64,000 nucleotides of DNA from the human T2T-CHM13v2.0 reference genome, Homo sapiens (GCF_009914755.1 NC_060941.1); one strand, 5' to 3'. Positions 34,460 to 57,600 are shown, counted from the stretch's first letter. The notes: generated by a model from the sequence alone, not told the origin. Program-made: numbers and translations.

Positions 34460-35688
34460 ATTGCAATGAGCCCCAACAGGGCCTACTCTTGGTTTCTAAA
34501 TACTGCATTTTCCATTGAAAGGAACCAAGGCTCCTTGGAGAATTGACTGAGGCAGAGAAAGTACTAGATGAGTCTAATATATCTTATTGTGCAGGAAAGG
34601 AAGTGCTCAAAGAATAACAGTGAAATATCAAAGGACAAAGAAGGCACAAGATGCTTAGTTGGTGAGGGAAACCCCAGAGACAGAAGTTTACACAGTAGAA
34701 ATTAGAGAAGACATTGAGTGGGTACACTGGGTAAAGCAGGCATGTTACCAGAATACAACAGTTGTGAATTTTTCTTTTCTACCATTGCCTGTAAGGTGTT
34801 AGTTTGGGGAGTATTTATCTGTCAACCTATTGAAATAAAAGAATGGCAGATTATTTGGGCATTTTTATGATTAAACATATATTTATATAATTTTTTTTCT
34901 TGATTTACTGGCCAAATCGGGAATAATCTGAGCATCAAAATAAATAATAAAAGATGATATTTCATTGAATAAAACAAGAAATCATTAGTTCATACTAATG
35001 TAAACAAATACATTGGAAGGCTGAAAAGGAATGCAATATTTGTATAGTTTCTAAGCCCTGTCTCCTAAAAATACTAATTACAAAGGGAAAATGAGTAACT
35101 TTACTTAGGAAAAGCCTAGCAAACACCACCTTAATCAAGTGATCAAACATTATCAGTAACGATACAAATCAAAATTCTGTACCTTTTGAAATCATGCAGT
35201 GAAGAACACAGCATCACTCCTGTGATATTCCTGTTGAAGATATGTTACCTAAATTAAACACAAGGAACCACCAGACAAGTCCAAATTGAGGGACTTTCTA
35301 CAAAATAACTTAATAGCATCAAGGTTATGAACATCAAAGAAGGCCTGAAGAAACTGTTCCAGACTGGAGGAGACTAAGACAACATGAAAAATAAATGCAA
35401 TGTGTGATTCTGACCTGGATCCTTTTTGCTATAAAGCATATAACTGGTATAATAACAAGCAACATTTGAAGAGGATCTGATAATTATATGGAAGTAATGT
35501 GTCAATGTTACTTTCCTGATTTTGACAGTTGTATTGTGGTAAAGTTGGAGAATGCCCCTTGTTTATAGGAAATACTAAAGTATTCAAGGATGATGGAACA
35601 TCAGGTCAGCAACACTGTCAAATGATTGAAAGAAAAAAAATTATTTCTAGCATACTTACAACTGTTCTATATATTTCAAATTGTTTCA

Positions 35689-35690
<2 letters not shown>
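34460..35690 (+). mobile_element. L1MC-type 3' UTR fragment
   Basis: ttgaaaggaaccaaggctccttggagaa...caccaccttaatcaagtgatcaaa...ccaaattgagggactttctacaaaataact...gtgtcaatgttactttcctgattttga are L1MC4/5-like blocks. Confidence 0.75.
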
Positions 35691-40540
<4,850 letters not shown>

Positions 40541-41835
40541 ACAGACTTTTAAAGTGTCCAAACCAAGTTTTCTTTTGCACTTAGAAGAGAATTTAAAACG
40601 CAATCAGAAAACCAGATTGTACCTTGCCAATTACTATAATCTTAAAATTAGCATATATTGCTATGAATGACATTTAGTTAATCTCAGTCTATTCTCCTAT
40701 GATAAGCAACAGTGAACTCAAGGGTATGATCTCAGAATGTAAAAAGCCATTATGACTGCTCCTAATAGATTATTTTAAAATATGATCCTATAAGTCTCTT
40801 CCAAGGAAGGACAGTATGTTTTAATTGTGAGATGGACTTTTCAATGCTTTGACTTCTTGTCTAAAAGAGGCCTGGAAAAAGAAATAACTGCAGTGGAGTG
40901 AGGGTGTGAAATGTGTCATACCGGTTATTAAAATCCATCAAGTTCATACTTCAGTCTTGGTTTAACTGCAGCCAAAAACTGACTTGCAAGTAATTATCAT
41001 CACTATCTGCAATAAAAGTTAATTGGACATAATTGAACTAACACCCTAAGCGGAGGGAAGCTGTAACTGGCAAAGAGCCCATTCCTCCTGCTTCTTCAAT
41101 CTGCAAATGAAACTGCTAATGATAATTTGTGGACAAACATGAAATTGCTCTCATGGTTTCCCCACTGCAAATCACTCAGCAATTCCAGTTAATACCCAGC
41201 ATGTTGGGCCAGGAGAAAAATCATTAACTGGTGCTTCCTTTGATAAAGATGAATTTTAACAATAAACAAGCCCATTAAGGCTGAGAGTTACTGAGAATTG
41301 TTAAATTTCCCCTGGATGCGCTAAAGTAAAGCACTGTGGTCTGATCTCCACACCATGCTACTATGCACTAAATGCATCATGTGCCACCAGTGTGTAGTAG
41401 TAAGAAGAGACAGTATGCAAAGACAGAAGCTACTGTTATACTAACAATTTATCTTCTTTTAACAAAATCCTGGAAAAATCTTATTTTTCAACAGGCAAAT
41501 GGCATTGTTGATCTACTTCAACAGCAAAGATTAAAAAAAAAAAGAAAGAAAGAAAGTGGACCCAACACCTTTCAGAATAATTGTGAGGATTAAATGAGAT
41601 GGTATTTGTAAAGTGGTTAGTACACTGCCTATGCTTGACGGCAGTTATAACTATTATTTGCTAATGTCAGACTTCTCTGAAAACCATGGGGAGATAGGGA
41701 TAGGTTTTAAGGCAAGTAACATTATCAGATGTCTATTTAGAATAAATCTTCTTCAAGTGTGAAAGAAAAACAGGAGATGGTAGAAGCCAGTTAAGTGGCT
41801 ATTGCTTTTTTTTTTTTTTTTTTTTTTTTTTTTGA

Positions 41836-42090
<255 letters not shown>

Positions 42091-43426
42091 TGAGCCACAG
42101 CGCCTGGCTGGCTATTGCGATTTTGAGGTGAGATGATGAAGATCTCAAATGAGCATGTCATAAAAGGGCTATCATATAAAGGAGGAAGCAGATCTGTCTC
42201 TGAGCTCCAGAGATAAAAAATAAGTTAATAAAGTTTTTGAAGAAGGGCAATTTTAAGTGAACATAAAGAACAATTTGATCTTGTTCAACAGCAATAGAGA
42301 AATACTGAAGCAAAAGCAATTATCATTCATCAGGAATTATGGAAAAGGGTTTTTTTCAGTAGCTAAGAATTTGGACTAGACCACTAGAATCAACTTTTAG
42401 AGTCTATGATTCCAAATCATTTTAAAAAGGTGGTTTTTGTAAGGTCATTAACAATATCTTACATTTGTAGGGAGTTTTACAATTTTCAAAGTGCTTTTTC
42501 ACATGATTCTCTCTCCATCTTCTCAAGATGCCCTTTGAGATAGGTTGGGTATGTATCATCAGCCCCATTTTCACATATAAAGATACTAGAAACTGGACAG
42601 CCATCACGGATCATGCCTGTAATCCCAGAAATTTAGGAGGCTGAGGCAGGAGGACTGCTTGAGCCCAAGAGCAAGACCAGTCTGGACAACATAGGGAGAC
42701 CCCATCTCTACAAAAAAAAAAATTAGCCAGGTGTGGTAGTGTGCACCTTTGGTCCCAGCTCCACAGGAGGCTGAGATGGGAGGATCACTTGAGCCCCAGG
42801 GGTGGAGGCTGCAAGGAGCCATGATCGTGCCATTACACTCCAGCCTGGGTGACAGTGAGACCCGGTCCCCCAGCCACACAAAAAGAGTAATAAACGCTAC
42901 GAAAAAAATATGAAAAATAAATAGGTCAGGCGCGGTGGTTCACACTGGTAATCTCAACACTCTGGGAGGCTGAGGTGAGCAGACTGCAGGAGTCCAAGAG
43001 TTTGAGACCAGCCTGGCAAGAGCAAAACCTACTAAAAATACAAACAATTAGCCGGGTGTGATGGCGTGCACCTACAATCTCACCTACTTGGAAGGCTAAG
43101 GTCAGAGAATCACCTGAGCCCAGGAGGTTGAGGCTGCAGTGAGCCAAGATCATGCCACTGCACTCCAGCCCGGGCAAACAGAGTAAGACCCTGTCTCAAA
43201 AATAATAATAACAAATTAAATAAATAAAGCAGTGTAAGGAAATAGAAAGTACTGGGTAGGGTAGTAATTTTAAACAGCATAGTCAGAGCAATCCTCACTA
43301 AGAAACTACAGTTTCTCCATGGTTTACCTGTTAGTTTCAGTGCAAGACAGCAGCACAGCTTTTAATTAGGTAATTTTTTAAAAAGCACTTAACCATAACT
43401 AATACAGTTTTTGTTTTCTCATGTGA

Positions 43427-43573
<147 letters not shown>

Positions 43574-43663
43574 TGAGTAGCGCCACTATGCCCGGCTAAT
43601 TTTTTGTATTTTTAGTAGAGACAGGGTTTCACCGTGTTAGCCAGGATAGTCTCGATCTCCTGA

Positions 43664-44405
<742 letters not shown>

Positions 44406-44571
44406 TGAGCCACCGCGCCCAGCCAAAACTTTCTTTTTTTAAGAGACAGGGCTCACTCTGTCACCCAGGCTTCAGTGCAGTTGCACCACTATAGCTCACT
44501 GCAGCCTCAAACTCCTAGGCTCAAGTGATCCTCCTGCCTCAATCTCCTGAGTAAGCTGGGACTACAGGTGA

Positions 44572-44742
<171 letters not shown>

Positions 44743-44836
44743 TAAGAAAACAAAGTAATGCAAACTTCCACACATACCAAAGACTGCTGTTGTATGTAAC
44801 TATGACTTTGATAAAGACTGGCATTTCTCTGGTTGA

Positions 44837-45156
<320 letters not shown>

Positions 45157-45865
45157 TAACTAGTTGTGAGGAACTGAAAGATGAGCAGATGTGGACAGAT
45201 GTGAGGTGGAGGGAGTTGGTATAAACAATTTTAGATAGCTATTAAAATTGATGTGCAGGCTGAAGTGGCATAAGCTTCTTACTTCTAGGCGCACTAAGGA
45301 ACAATTTCTCCCAAAATATACTATCACTGATAAGAATGACACATTTCAGTTGGGACACTGGTTCAGCTTGGAGAAGAGGCAAAAATAAAAATATATCTGG
45401 CTGAAAAAGCTGCCTTTTCCAACTTAATTTTGCCAGGGACTATGGAAATAGTCAAAGGACTTTTCTTAAAATGAAAGGTTCTTTTTGTCTCTCTGGAGAA
45501 AAGTTCTAACACAGTATCACTCTCCAATTGCACCATACCTCACTAAATATAGGCCAAATATTAAAATATTTTGTAAAGCACTTTAGTGAATGCACAGTAA
45601 CACCTGGCAAGACAAGTTAAAACTAAGATGTGGATTCTTAATTAAGCTACTAGTTCCACATTTTGTTGAAAAAAAAAAAAAAAAAAAAAGTTGGCCAGGC
45701 GCGGTGGCTCACACCTGTAATCCTAGCACTTTGGGAGGCCGAGGCGGGTGGATCACAAGGTCAGGGGTTCGAGACCAGCCTGACCAACATGGTGAAACCC
45801 CATCTCTACTAAAAATACAAAAATTAGCTGGGCGTGGTGGCAGGCGCCTGTAACCCAGCTACTCA

Positions 45866-46078
<213 letters not shown>

Positions 46079-46105
46079 TAACACAGTGAAACCCCGTCTC
46101 TACTA

Positions 46106-46264
<159 letters not shown>

Positions 46265-46921
46265 TCAAAAAAAAAAAAAAAAAGAAAAGAAAAAGTTCTG
46301 GGAGAGTAAGATAAGCAAAAGCCAAACCAGTATCTTTACAGCTGCTAAATTAATGTCTTCATAATAGTAAAACAGGCTGGGCATGGTGGCTCACGCCTGT
46401 AATCCCAGCACTTTACTATTATTATTATTATTATTGTTGTTCTTCTTCTTCTAGTAAAACCATTCCCAGCTGAATAGCTGGGTAAGGCAGAGGGTCCATA
46501 CAGGAACCCAGTAAATGGGACTTTTCCCTCCTAATTTAGGATGAGCTGTCTTCAACTTCTCACAGACTTGATATATCTTTCCTTTTAAAGTAGATTAAGT
46601 CCTATCCTTTACATAATAAGAATGAAGATAAATAAAATGCCAATGGTAGAAGTGCTTAGCTTTTGGAAGGAAGTAAATCTTAAGTTATGACTAATAATGC
46701 TTATGCTTCTCCTTTGAAGCAACACGAATGTTGTCTAAATCATCCCAATTCTGCAAGTGGCATAAAATCTGATTTTCATTCAGTTCAGCAACTGATCCTC
46801 AAAAACACTTTGCTGAATGCAAAAAAAAAAAAGAAAAAAAGAAAAAGAAAAAAAGTGATTGTTCAGGTAATATCTTCCCAGCAAACAGCACTTAAAGAAA
46901 CCCCCAGCTTTTTTTTTCTGA

Positions 46922-47680
<759 letters not shown>

Positions 47681-47864
47681 AAGTGATGACAGTACTACTT
47701 TCATCACACACTGACTATTCTAAATGGATTTCATTTCAGCCAACAGCTCTGATTATTAGCAAGTATTGCCCAGTGTTAGAAAACTTTGCTTTGGTTAAGA
47801 AGAGAGGTTTGTTTCTTTGCTTTTTCTTTTTTTTTTTGAGAGGGAGTCCCACTCTGTTGCCTAG

Positions 47865-47990
<126 letters not shown>

Positions 47991-48294
47991 TGAATTTTAG
48001 TAGAGACAGTGTTTCACCAGGTTGGCCAGGCTGGTCTCGAATGCCTGACTTCAAGTGATCTGCCCACCTTGGCCTCCCAAAGTGTGGAGATTACAGGCAT
48101 GAGCCACCGTACCCAGGTTCTTCTTTTTTCTTTTTAGAGACACGGTCCTGCTCTCTCACCCTGCTCTCTCACTACTTGGGATAGCAGCTCACTGCAACCT
48201 CGAACTCCTGGGCTCAAGGGATCTTTCCATCTCAGCCTCCCAAGTAGCTGGGAGTACAGGCACACATCACCACACCCACCTAATTTTTTTATAG

Positions 48295-48426
<132 letters not shown>

Positions 48427-48929
48427 TAGCTACCAACAGCTCACCCACATATGATGAATTATTTACATATACTATGGGGTCAGAAGACACCAACAATGAA
48501 GACATTTCAGCCAGGTGCGGTGGCTCACGCCTGTAATCCCAGCACTTTGGGAGGCCGAGACGGGTGGATCAAGAGGTCAGGAGTTCAAGACCAGCCTGGC
48601 CAAGATGGTGAAACCCCATCTCTACTAAAAAAATACAAAAAAATTAGCTGGGTGTGGTGGCAGGTGCCTGTAATCCCAACTACTTGGGAGGCTGAGGCAG
48701 AGAACTTTTTGAACCTGGGAGGCAGAGGATGCAGTAAGCCGAGATCATGCCACTGCGCTCCAGCCTGGGTGACAGAGCAAGACTACGTCTCAAAAAAAAA
48801 ACCAAAAAGCAAAAAACAAACAAAAATGACATTTCAGTATCAAAAGCTAGTTTACGTATGACTTACTTGAAAGATTTTAATTCTCCACAGCACCTCAGTG
48901 TGATTAAGTAACAAAGGTCAGGTCTCTTC

Positions 48930-49325
<396 letters not shown>

Positions 49326-49687
49326 TAGTAGAGAAGGGGTTTCACTATGTTGGCCAGGATGGCCTTGATCTCTTGACCTTGTGATCCACACACCTCGGCC
49401 TCCCAAAGTGCTGGGATTACAGGCATGAGCCACCATGCCTGGCCTCTAATATAGATTTTATATTTAGTATTAAATAAAACAAACTGTCCCAAGGATACTA
49501 CATTGAGCTGAATTTTTCTAGGTCCAGTACTGAGTTATATACTACTTTTGATGATTAAGAAACTAAGTGCAGGCCGGGTGCGGTGGCTCACGCCTATAAT
49601 CCCAGCACTCTGGGAGGCCAAGGTGGGCAGATCACAAGGTCAGGATATCGAGACCATCCTGGCTAACACAGTGAAACCCCATCTCTA

Positions 49688-49903
<216 letters not shown>

Positions 49904-50805
49904 TCATGGTTCTAATCCCAGCACTTGGGAGGCCAAGGTGGGAGGATCATTGGAGCCCAGGAGTTTGGGACCAACCTGGACAACATAGGGAGACCCCGTC
50001 TCTATAAAAAATGAAAAAAGTAGCCAGGCATGATGATGCGAACCTGTGGTCCTACCTACTCAAGAGGCTGAGATGGGCCGGGCATGGTGGCTCACACCAC
50101 TTTGGGAGGCCATGGCAGGCAGATCACTTGAGGCCAGAAGTTCGAGACCAACCTGGCCAACATGGTGAAACCCCGTCTCTACTGAAAATTCAAAAATTAG
50201 CCTGGTGTGGTGGTACATGCCTGTAATCCCAGCTATTCAGGAGGCTGAGGCACAAGAATCACTTGAACCCAGGAGGTGGAGGTTACAGTGAGCCGAGATC
50301 ATGCCACTGAACTCCAGCCTGGGTGACAGAGCAAGCCTCCCATCTCAAAAAAAATAAAAGAGGCTGAGATGGGAAGACTGCCTGAGCCCAAGGGGTGGAG
50401 ACTGCAGTGAGCCGTGATCACACTATATTCCAACCTGGATGACACAGTGAGAACCTGTCTCAAAAAAAAAAAGAAAGAAAGAGAAACACAAAAAAGTGGG
50501 ATCTCTGTCTCAAAACAAAACTAAGTGTAATACAAGTTCTTGGCTATCTTGCCTACTGCTTAGTTGAATGACCAAAGAAAAAAACAAATTTTTCAGTAGT
50601 CTGTATGCCTAGAAAACCTCAGTTAAAAACCAGAGGAAGTTAAAGCTGTTGCCTAAAAATGTGCCCTTGAGGCAGGGCACGGTGGCTCACGCCTGTAATC
50701 CCAGCACTTTGGGAGGTGGAGGTGGGCGTATCACCTGAGGTCGGGAGTTCGAGACCAGCCTGACCAACATGGAGAAACCCCATCTCTACTAAAAATACAA
50801 AATTA

Positions 50806-51012
<207 letters not shown>

Positions 51013-51764
51013 CTATACTTTGCCTGCTTGCCCTTTTGTGTGTATAATCAATAACAGACTTTTCAAAGATCAGGAATGAACTTTTGTTTTTTCCACTTTT
51101 TGGTCTCTGTGAATCTAAGGAATGAACTCTTAACTAGAGTCTTGTCCATATCTTGGTAAAGATGCCCTCTGCCCTTTTCAGTTAGGCCGCAATGTAACAA
51201 ACTCAGTCCATGACTGAATTTAATCTAACCAGCCCAGTATTTCCTTCCTGGGATCCACCAGCACCAAATATAATAAAACTTCAATTTGGAAGTCGGGCAC
51301 CACGGTGCACACCTGTAGTCCCTTCGGTGGCTGGGTCAGGAGTACTGCTTGAGTCCGGGAGTTCAAGGCCAGCCTGGGCAATATAATTGGGACGGCACCC
51401 TGTCTCAAAACAAAACAAAATAAAATCACCTTCAAGTTGGTCTTTTCTTAACAACTTTATTTTTTCTTTCTCCAATACCTCATCTTGAGCATTCTTCTTT
51501 TGATTAATAATAGCATACTGGTGTTTGGATCCCCTTCACAACCAGAAAGATAAAAAAAGCCTCTCAGGGTAGATATAGGAAAACTTCAAATCATTTCAAA
51601 TAGGGTTCCTGAAATTTCTTGGAGAAAATAATAAGCTATATTAGAAATTCAGAGAAAGGAAGAATTCAGAGACCTTGGCTCTCGGTCTGGCTTCACTACC
51701 AAATCACTTAAGTTATTTAGATAATCACAGGCCATTAGTTTTCCCTACTTCAGAGAAATGCTGA

Positions 51765-52415
<651 letters not shown>

Positions 52416-54672
52416 TGAACTCCTGGCCTCAAGTGATCCGTCCGCCTCAGCCTCCTGAAGTGTTGGGATTACAAGCATGAGTCACCACATCTGGCCCAAA
52501 CTCTTGTCTTAACCTTTTGTGAGACGTTTTATGTATTTACAGATCATGAAATCTCTAATGAAGTAAACTTCTAAGATCTGACTAAACAAAAGGACCATCA
52601 AGTGTTCACAGAATGCTAACATATAGAACAAAGTTTAAAGAAGATACAAAGGCCTGGACTCTAAAAAATAAATGAACAATTCAAATGTCTGGTTTAAAAC
52701 AAACAAAAAGATGGATTAAAAGTTTGTATCGGAAAGGTAACTTTGTTTTGAATGGTTTTGACAATCTCATACCTCCTGCAGTATCAAATACAGTCTGGGT
52801 AATTAATTCAGTGGACTCTTTCCCTTTTACTGCCAGACTGAACAGCTCTGAGGATAATCTCCCTCACTCTCCCAGGGCTCAGTTGGAAGATTCATTATTT
52901 ATGCCCTCAATTGTTTACTCTGTCCTATTTTTCCACACGTCCAGCAGGCCCAAGAGCTGTGTTACCACTGGCCTGTTTCCAAAATGAATGCATTACTCAT
53001 TGCCCTATTAGTTACAAAACCAAAATAATCAAACACAGTGGTGTCTTAACGTTGGAAAGCAACCCCACCAACCATTTGATCTAGGAGAGAAATTAATAAC
53101 AATGCCAGCCCAGGTTACCAAAAGCTAAATTGTCCTGGATGAAGAGAGAACCATACATCATTCCAGTCCTTTATTTTGAGCCACTGAACAACACACATGC
53201 ATATCCAACAAGGATTCTTAAAGGACAGTATCATTAGAAAGACAGCTCTGGCCTTCACTGAGAACAGACTGTAAACTACTAAGGGTTAAACTGATTGAGA
53301 GAAAATTTGCCTAAGCAACCATTCTTTAGGAAGAGTTCAGTAACTCACCAACAATAAATTCTACATCCTCATCTGAGTGGTAAACAGATTACAGACTCCA
53401 TCAAGTCCTCTACTTTCAGGATTCAGACTCATAGCAAACAACTTCCTCAAAAGATTCAGCTTCCAAGAGTCAAACCCTGGGGGAGGGGATTGTGCTTAAA
53501 CACACAAAATATTGTCTCTGACACCTGACTGAAAAAGCTGAAAAGCTAAAAACTACCATCACCCACATCTCCATATGAATGCATCCATTGTTCTAAATAA
53601 GTCTCTGACAATTGACAGAGCATTCTCAGAGTCTCCTGTGCCTCTAATATTTTCTCACCTAGAGTAAGCTTTTCCCAATTCCAAACCTTACAACACTCAA
53701 GCTGATTATTCTGAGAATCAAGCAATGCCAAGGGCCCAATATTTTTCTTTCACCTTCTCAAGGGGATCATTTTATACTTCTGATGTGAACAGGGGATTAG
53801 TCTCGAGTCTCCCTTTAGAGAGAACATAGAGTCCTTTTTCTTAACACATTCCAAGCCGTGACTCACAGAAATAAGCAGGATGGGCCGGGCACGGTGGCTC
53901 ATGCCTGTAATCCCAGCACTGTGGAAGGCCGAGGCAGGTGGACCATCTGAGGTCAGTTTGAGACCACCCTGGCCAACATGGTGAAACCCTGTCTCTACTG
54001 AAAATACAAAAATTAGCCAGGCGTGCTGGTGCGTGTCTGTAGTCCCAGCTACTCAGGAGGCTGAGGCAGGAGAACTGCTTGAACCTGGGAAGCAGAGGCT
54101 GCAGTGAGCAGAGAGATTGTGCCACTGCATTCCAGCCTGGGTGACAGAGCGAGACTCCGTCTCAAAAAAAAAAAAAAAAAGAGAGAGAGAGAGAAATGAA
54201 ATAAGCAGGTTGGATAAAAACAGACTGCTAAAGAAAATTAAATCAACTGCTTTAACCTCAACCAGCACTATGCCCCCTCAACCTAAGAGATTATGGCTTT
54301 CTATAATTGTTTCCTTGCAGATGACCAAATTCCAGGATTTCCATGCCCCTTAAATGATATTTGAACATCAGTGCAAATACATTTATGATTAGTTCTATAC
54401 ATAGTCTTCTGTCTCCTGGGAAAATTCTTTCACGAACCCCTAATTATTGCACCATGCAAAACAGTGATCACACAAATCAGTCAAGAAAATAGAAATATCG
54501 GGCGTGGAGGGGTGCAGTGGCTCACACCTTAATCCCAACACTTTGGGAGGCCTCTGGGAGGGCTGCTTGAGGCCAGGAGTTTGAGACCAACCTGGGCAAC
54601 AGAGCCAGACCCTATTCTCTACAAAACATAAAAATTAAAAAATAGTAATATAAAAAAGTGAGTGAAGTATAA

Positions 54673-55027
<355 letters not shown>

Positions 55028-55158
55028 TGACTTCAAGTGATCCACCCACCTCAGCCTCCCAAAGTGCTGGGATTACAGGAGCAAGCCATTGCACCCCGCC
55101 TTCCAACTGGTTTTTTTGGTCACTTCCCCAGCTTCCTATACCTTAGATATCAAAGTGC

Positions 55159-55337
55159 ACTTTGTTTTATATACTAGCTAACTCTGTTTTATATACTAGC
55201 TAACTTTGTTTTATATACTAGCTAACTTTGTTTTACATACTAGCTAACTCTGTTTTATATACTAGCTAACTTTGTTTTATATACTAGCTAACTTTGTTTT
55301 ATATACTAGCTAACTCTGTTTTATATACTAGCTAACT
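55159..55337. repeat. 22-bp minisatellite, 8 copies (act[t/c]tgttttatatactagcta)
   Basis: Units start at 55159, 55181, 55203, 55225, 55247, 55269, 55291 and 55313. Confidence 0.97.
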
Positions 55338-56065
55338 GTAAAGGCTTCAATCAGTGATTTTTAACAGTTCACTCTCAGTAGCAAGTTAACTAGTCAACAT
55401 CTGGGGGATCCCCTTTCCCTCCCAATTTAAATACAACTCATGGAGCCTTAAGGGACAAGTGAGTAATAAAAACCCAAAACCTGACACAGGATTACTGTGA
55501 ATCTACTTTTTAGTAACATGTCTATTCTAAGGTATTTGAAATCTTCTTTTTAAAAAAGGTAAAGTAAGCTTCGTAATCCCTATTACTTTCCACAGCTGAA
55601 ATGGTTTCCTATCCCATTATCCCTATTTTTTATAATACTTGCTTTCATCCCAAATTGCTCCTAATTGTCTAGAGATCTAATAAATCAATGCAAAGAAAAA
55701 AATCACTAATCTAGCCAAAAGTGTAAGACAGCTCCAGTGTATCAATTCTGTCTTCAAAAGTGGACCCCAGTTACAACAATCGTGGGAAACTGAACCTGTA
55801 TTACATAAACTCTGAACCATTTTAATTAATATTTATCAAAGTGTTGCCAAAAAAAAAATATTCATCCCTTTTGGTACTGTAGCTCTTTGCTAATCAACAT
55901 TAAGATAAACCTGCTCCAAACACGTTTCGTTGAAAATGCCCATTTAGGCCAGGCGCGGTGGCTCACGCCTGTAATCCCAGCACTTTGGGAGGCCGAGGCG
56001 GGTGGATCACGAGGTCAGGATATCAAGACCATCCTGGCTAACACGGTGAAACCCGGTCACTACTA

Positions 56066-56262
<197 letters not shown>

Positions 56263-56959
56263 CTAAAATACATCTGGAGGTTTGTTTTTTTAAGTTTGGT
56301 TTTGGTTTTTGACGATAGAAACTACTCCCTCCGAGGGTCTGTGAATATAAGAAATATACCAACAGAGAAAAAGATAAGACTTTTAAGTTTCAGCAACAGC
56401 AAGGTAAGTTTGCCTGCTCTAGTCAGGTTTCTCCAACAGAGATGAGCTACTACACAAAGCCGGTGACAATGTACTCCAGGAAGAGACTTTAGCAGAGTTA
56501 ATCACTAACAACTATCAGGATTTCCTTTAACCACCATTTGACTGGGGCTGCTCCCTCTTTCCACTAGCACCTCCTCTCCTTTCAGACTGTTATTGCTGAT
56601 CAAGGCAGTCCCAAGGAGGAAAATGGTGAAGACAACCTTAATGGACACGCATGGAGTACAGTTCCAAATATCCACTCCTAGCTTGCCTTTTCTTTTTTTT
56701 AAATTACGGTTTACTGCATCAGATACCACACAAAAAAGGGCTCCTCTTTTCTTCTCTGTGCATTTTACTATGCGACCGATATCGACACATCAGTAAAAAG
56801 AGATAAGAGTCCTGAATCTCCTTACCCATCTGCAGGGGTGAGATGAAGGGAAGGAAAAAAAATGATGAAGGGTAGAAACAGATAATCAAAATAAACTGAT
56901 GCGATCCAGAGACATTATTTCCCGTTCCATTTCCCCTTTTCTTACAAGGTTAAGTCGGC

Positions 56960-57600
56960 TGAAGTCGGGGTCGCGTTAGAAAAAGCACACACACACCTTG
57001 CGCCCTGGAAAGGTGAGGTTCGCTCCGCAGCGCTCCGTGGGGCTCCTGGCTCCGCCCCGCCCGCCTTGGGCAGCTGAGCCCAGCTCACCCCCGCCCCGGG
57101 AGGATGGAAGAGAGGGGGCTTCTAGCGGTCTAGGCAGGGGGAGGGGGAGGCGGCTGCTCCGGGTGCCAGGCTCACGGAGCGCAGGACTCCGCGGTGCGCC
57201 GACACCCCCTCCCCCAGCCGGCTGCCGCTTGCTCCCAGCCGCCGCCGGAAGCCAGCCCCGCCCCCTCACCTCCACCCTGGCTCTTCGCGAGCCCTCTCCT
57301 GTCTGCACAGCCAATGGCGAGCCAGGGAGCCAGCAGAGCGACTCGCCAAACAGCCAACTGGGGAGGCCCACAGGGAGGTCAGCCACCGGGATAGGCCCGC
57401 TACCCGCGGACCCGGCCCGACTCGGCTCCTCTTTGTTAGCGCTGCCCCCATCTCTCCCGGCCCCTACCCCAAAGCCAGGAGCCAAGCATCCCGTAGCTGG
57501 GCCAGGTGAAGCTGCGCCCCTTTGCACCCCTTCTCCCTCTGTCCCCTTGTCCCCTCCCACTTTCTGCCTGGGTACTAGGAGACCCCCCCCCACCCACGCG
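56960..57600. promoter_or_regulatory. CpG island, probable alternative FAM222B promoter / first exon
   Basis: High GC and CpG outside repeats. GC boxes at ~57050-57066 and ~57255-57265, CCAAT at 57311. Minus-strand donor-like sites GGAG|gtgagg (57270/57269) and GG|gtgagc (~57088). Confidence 0.8.

Noticed and set aside
55159-55337. CRISPR-like array
   Set aside because: Contiguous tandem units without spacers, in a primate intron.
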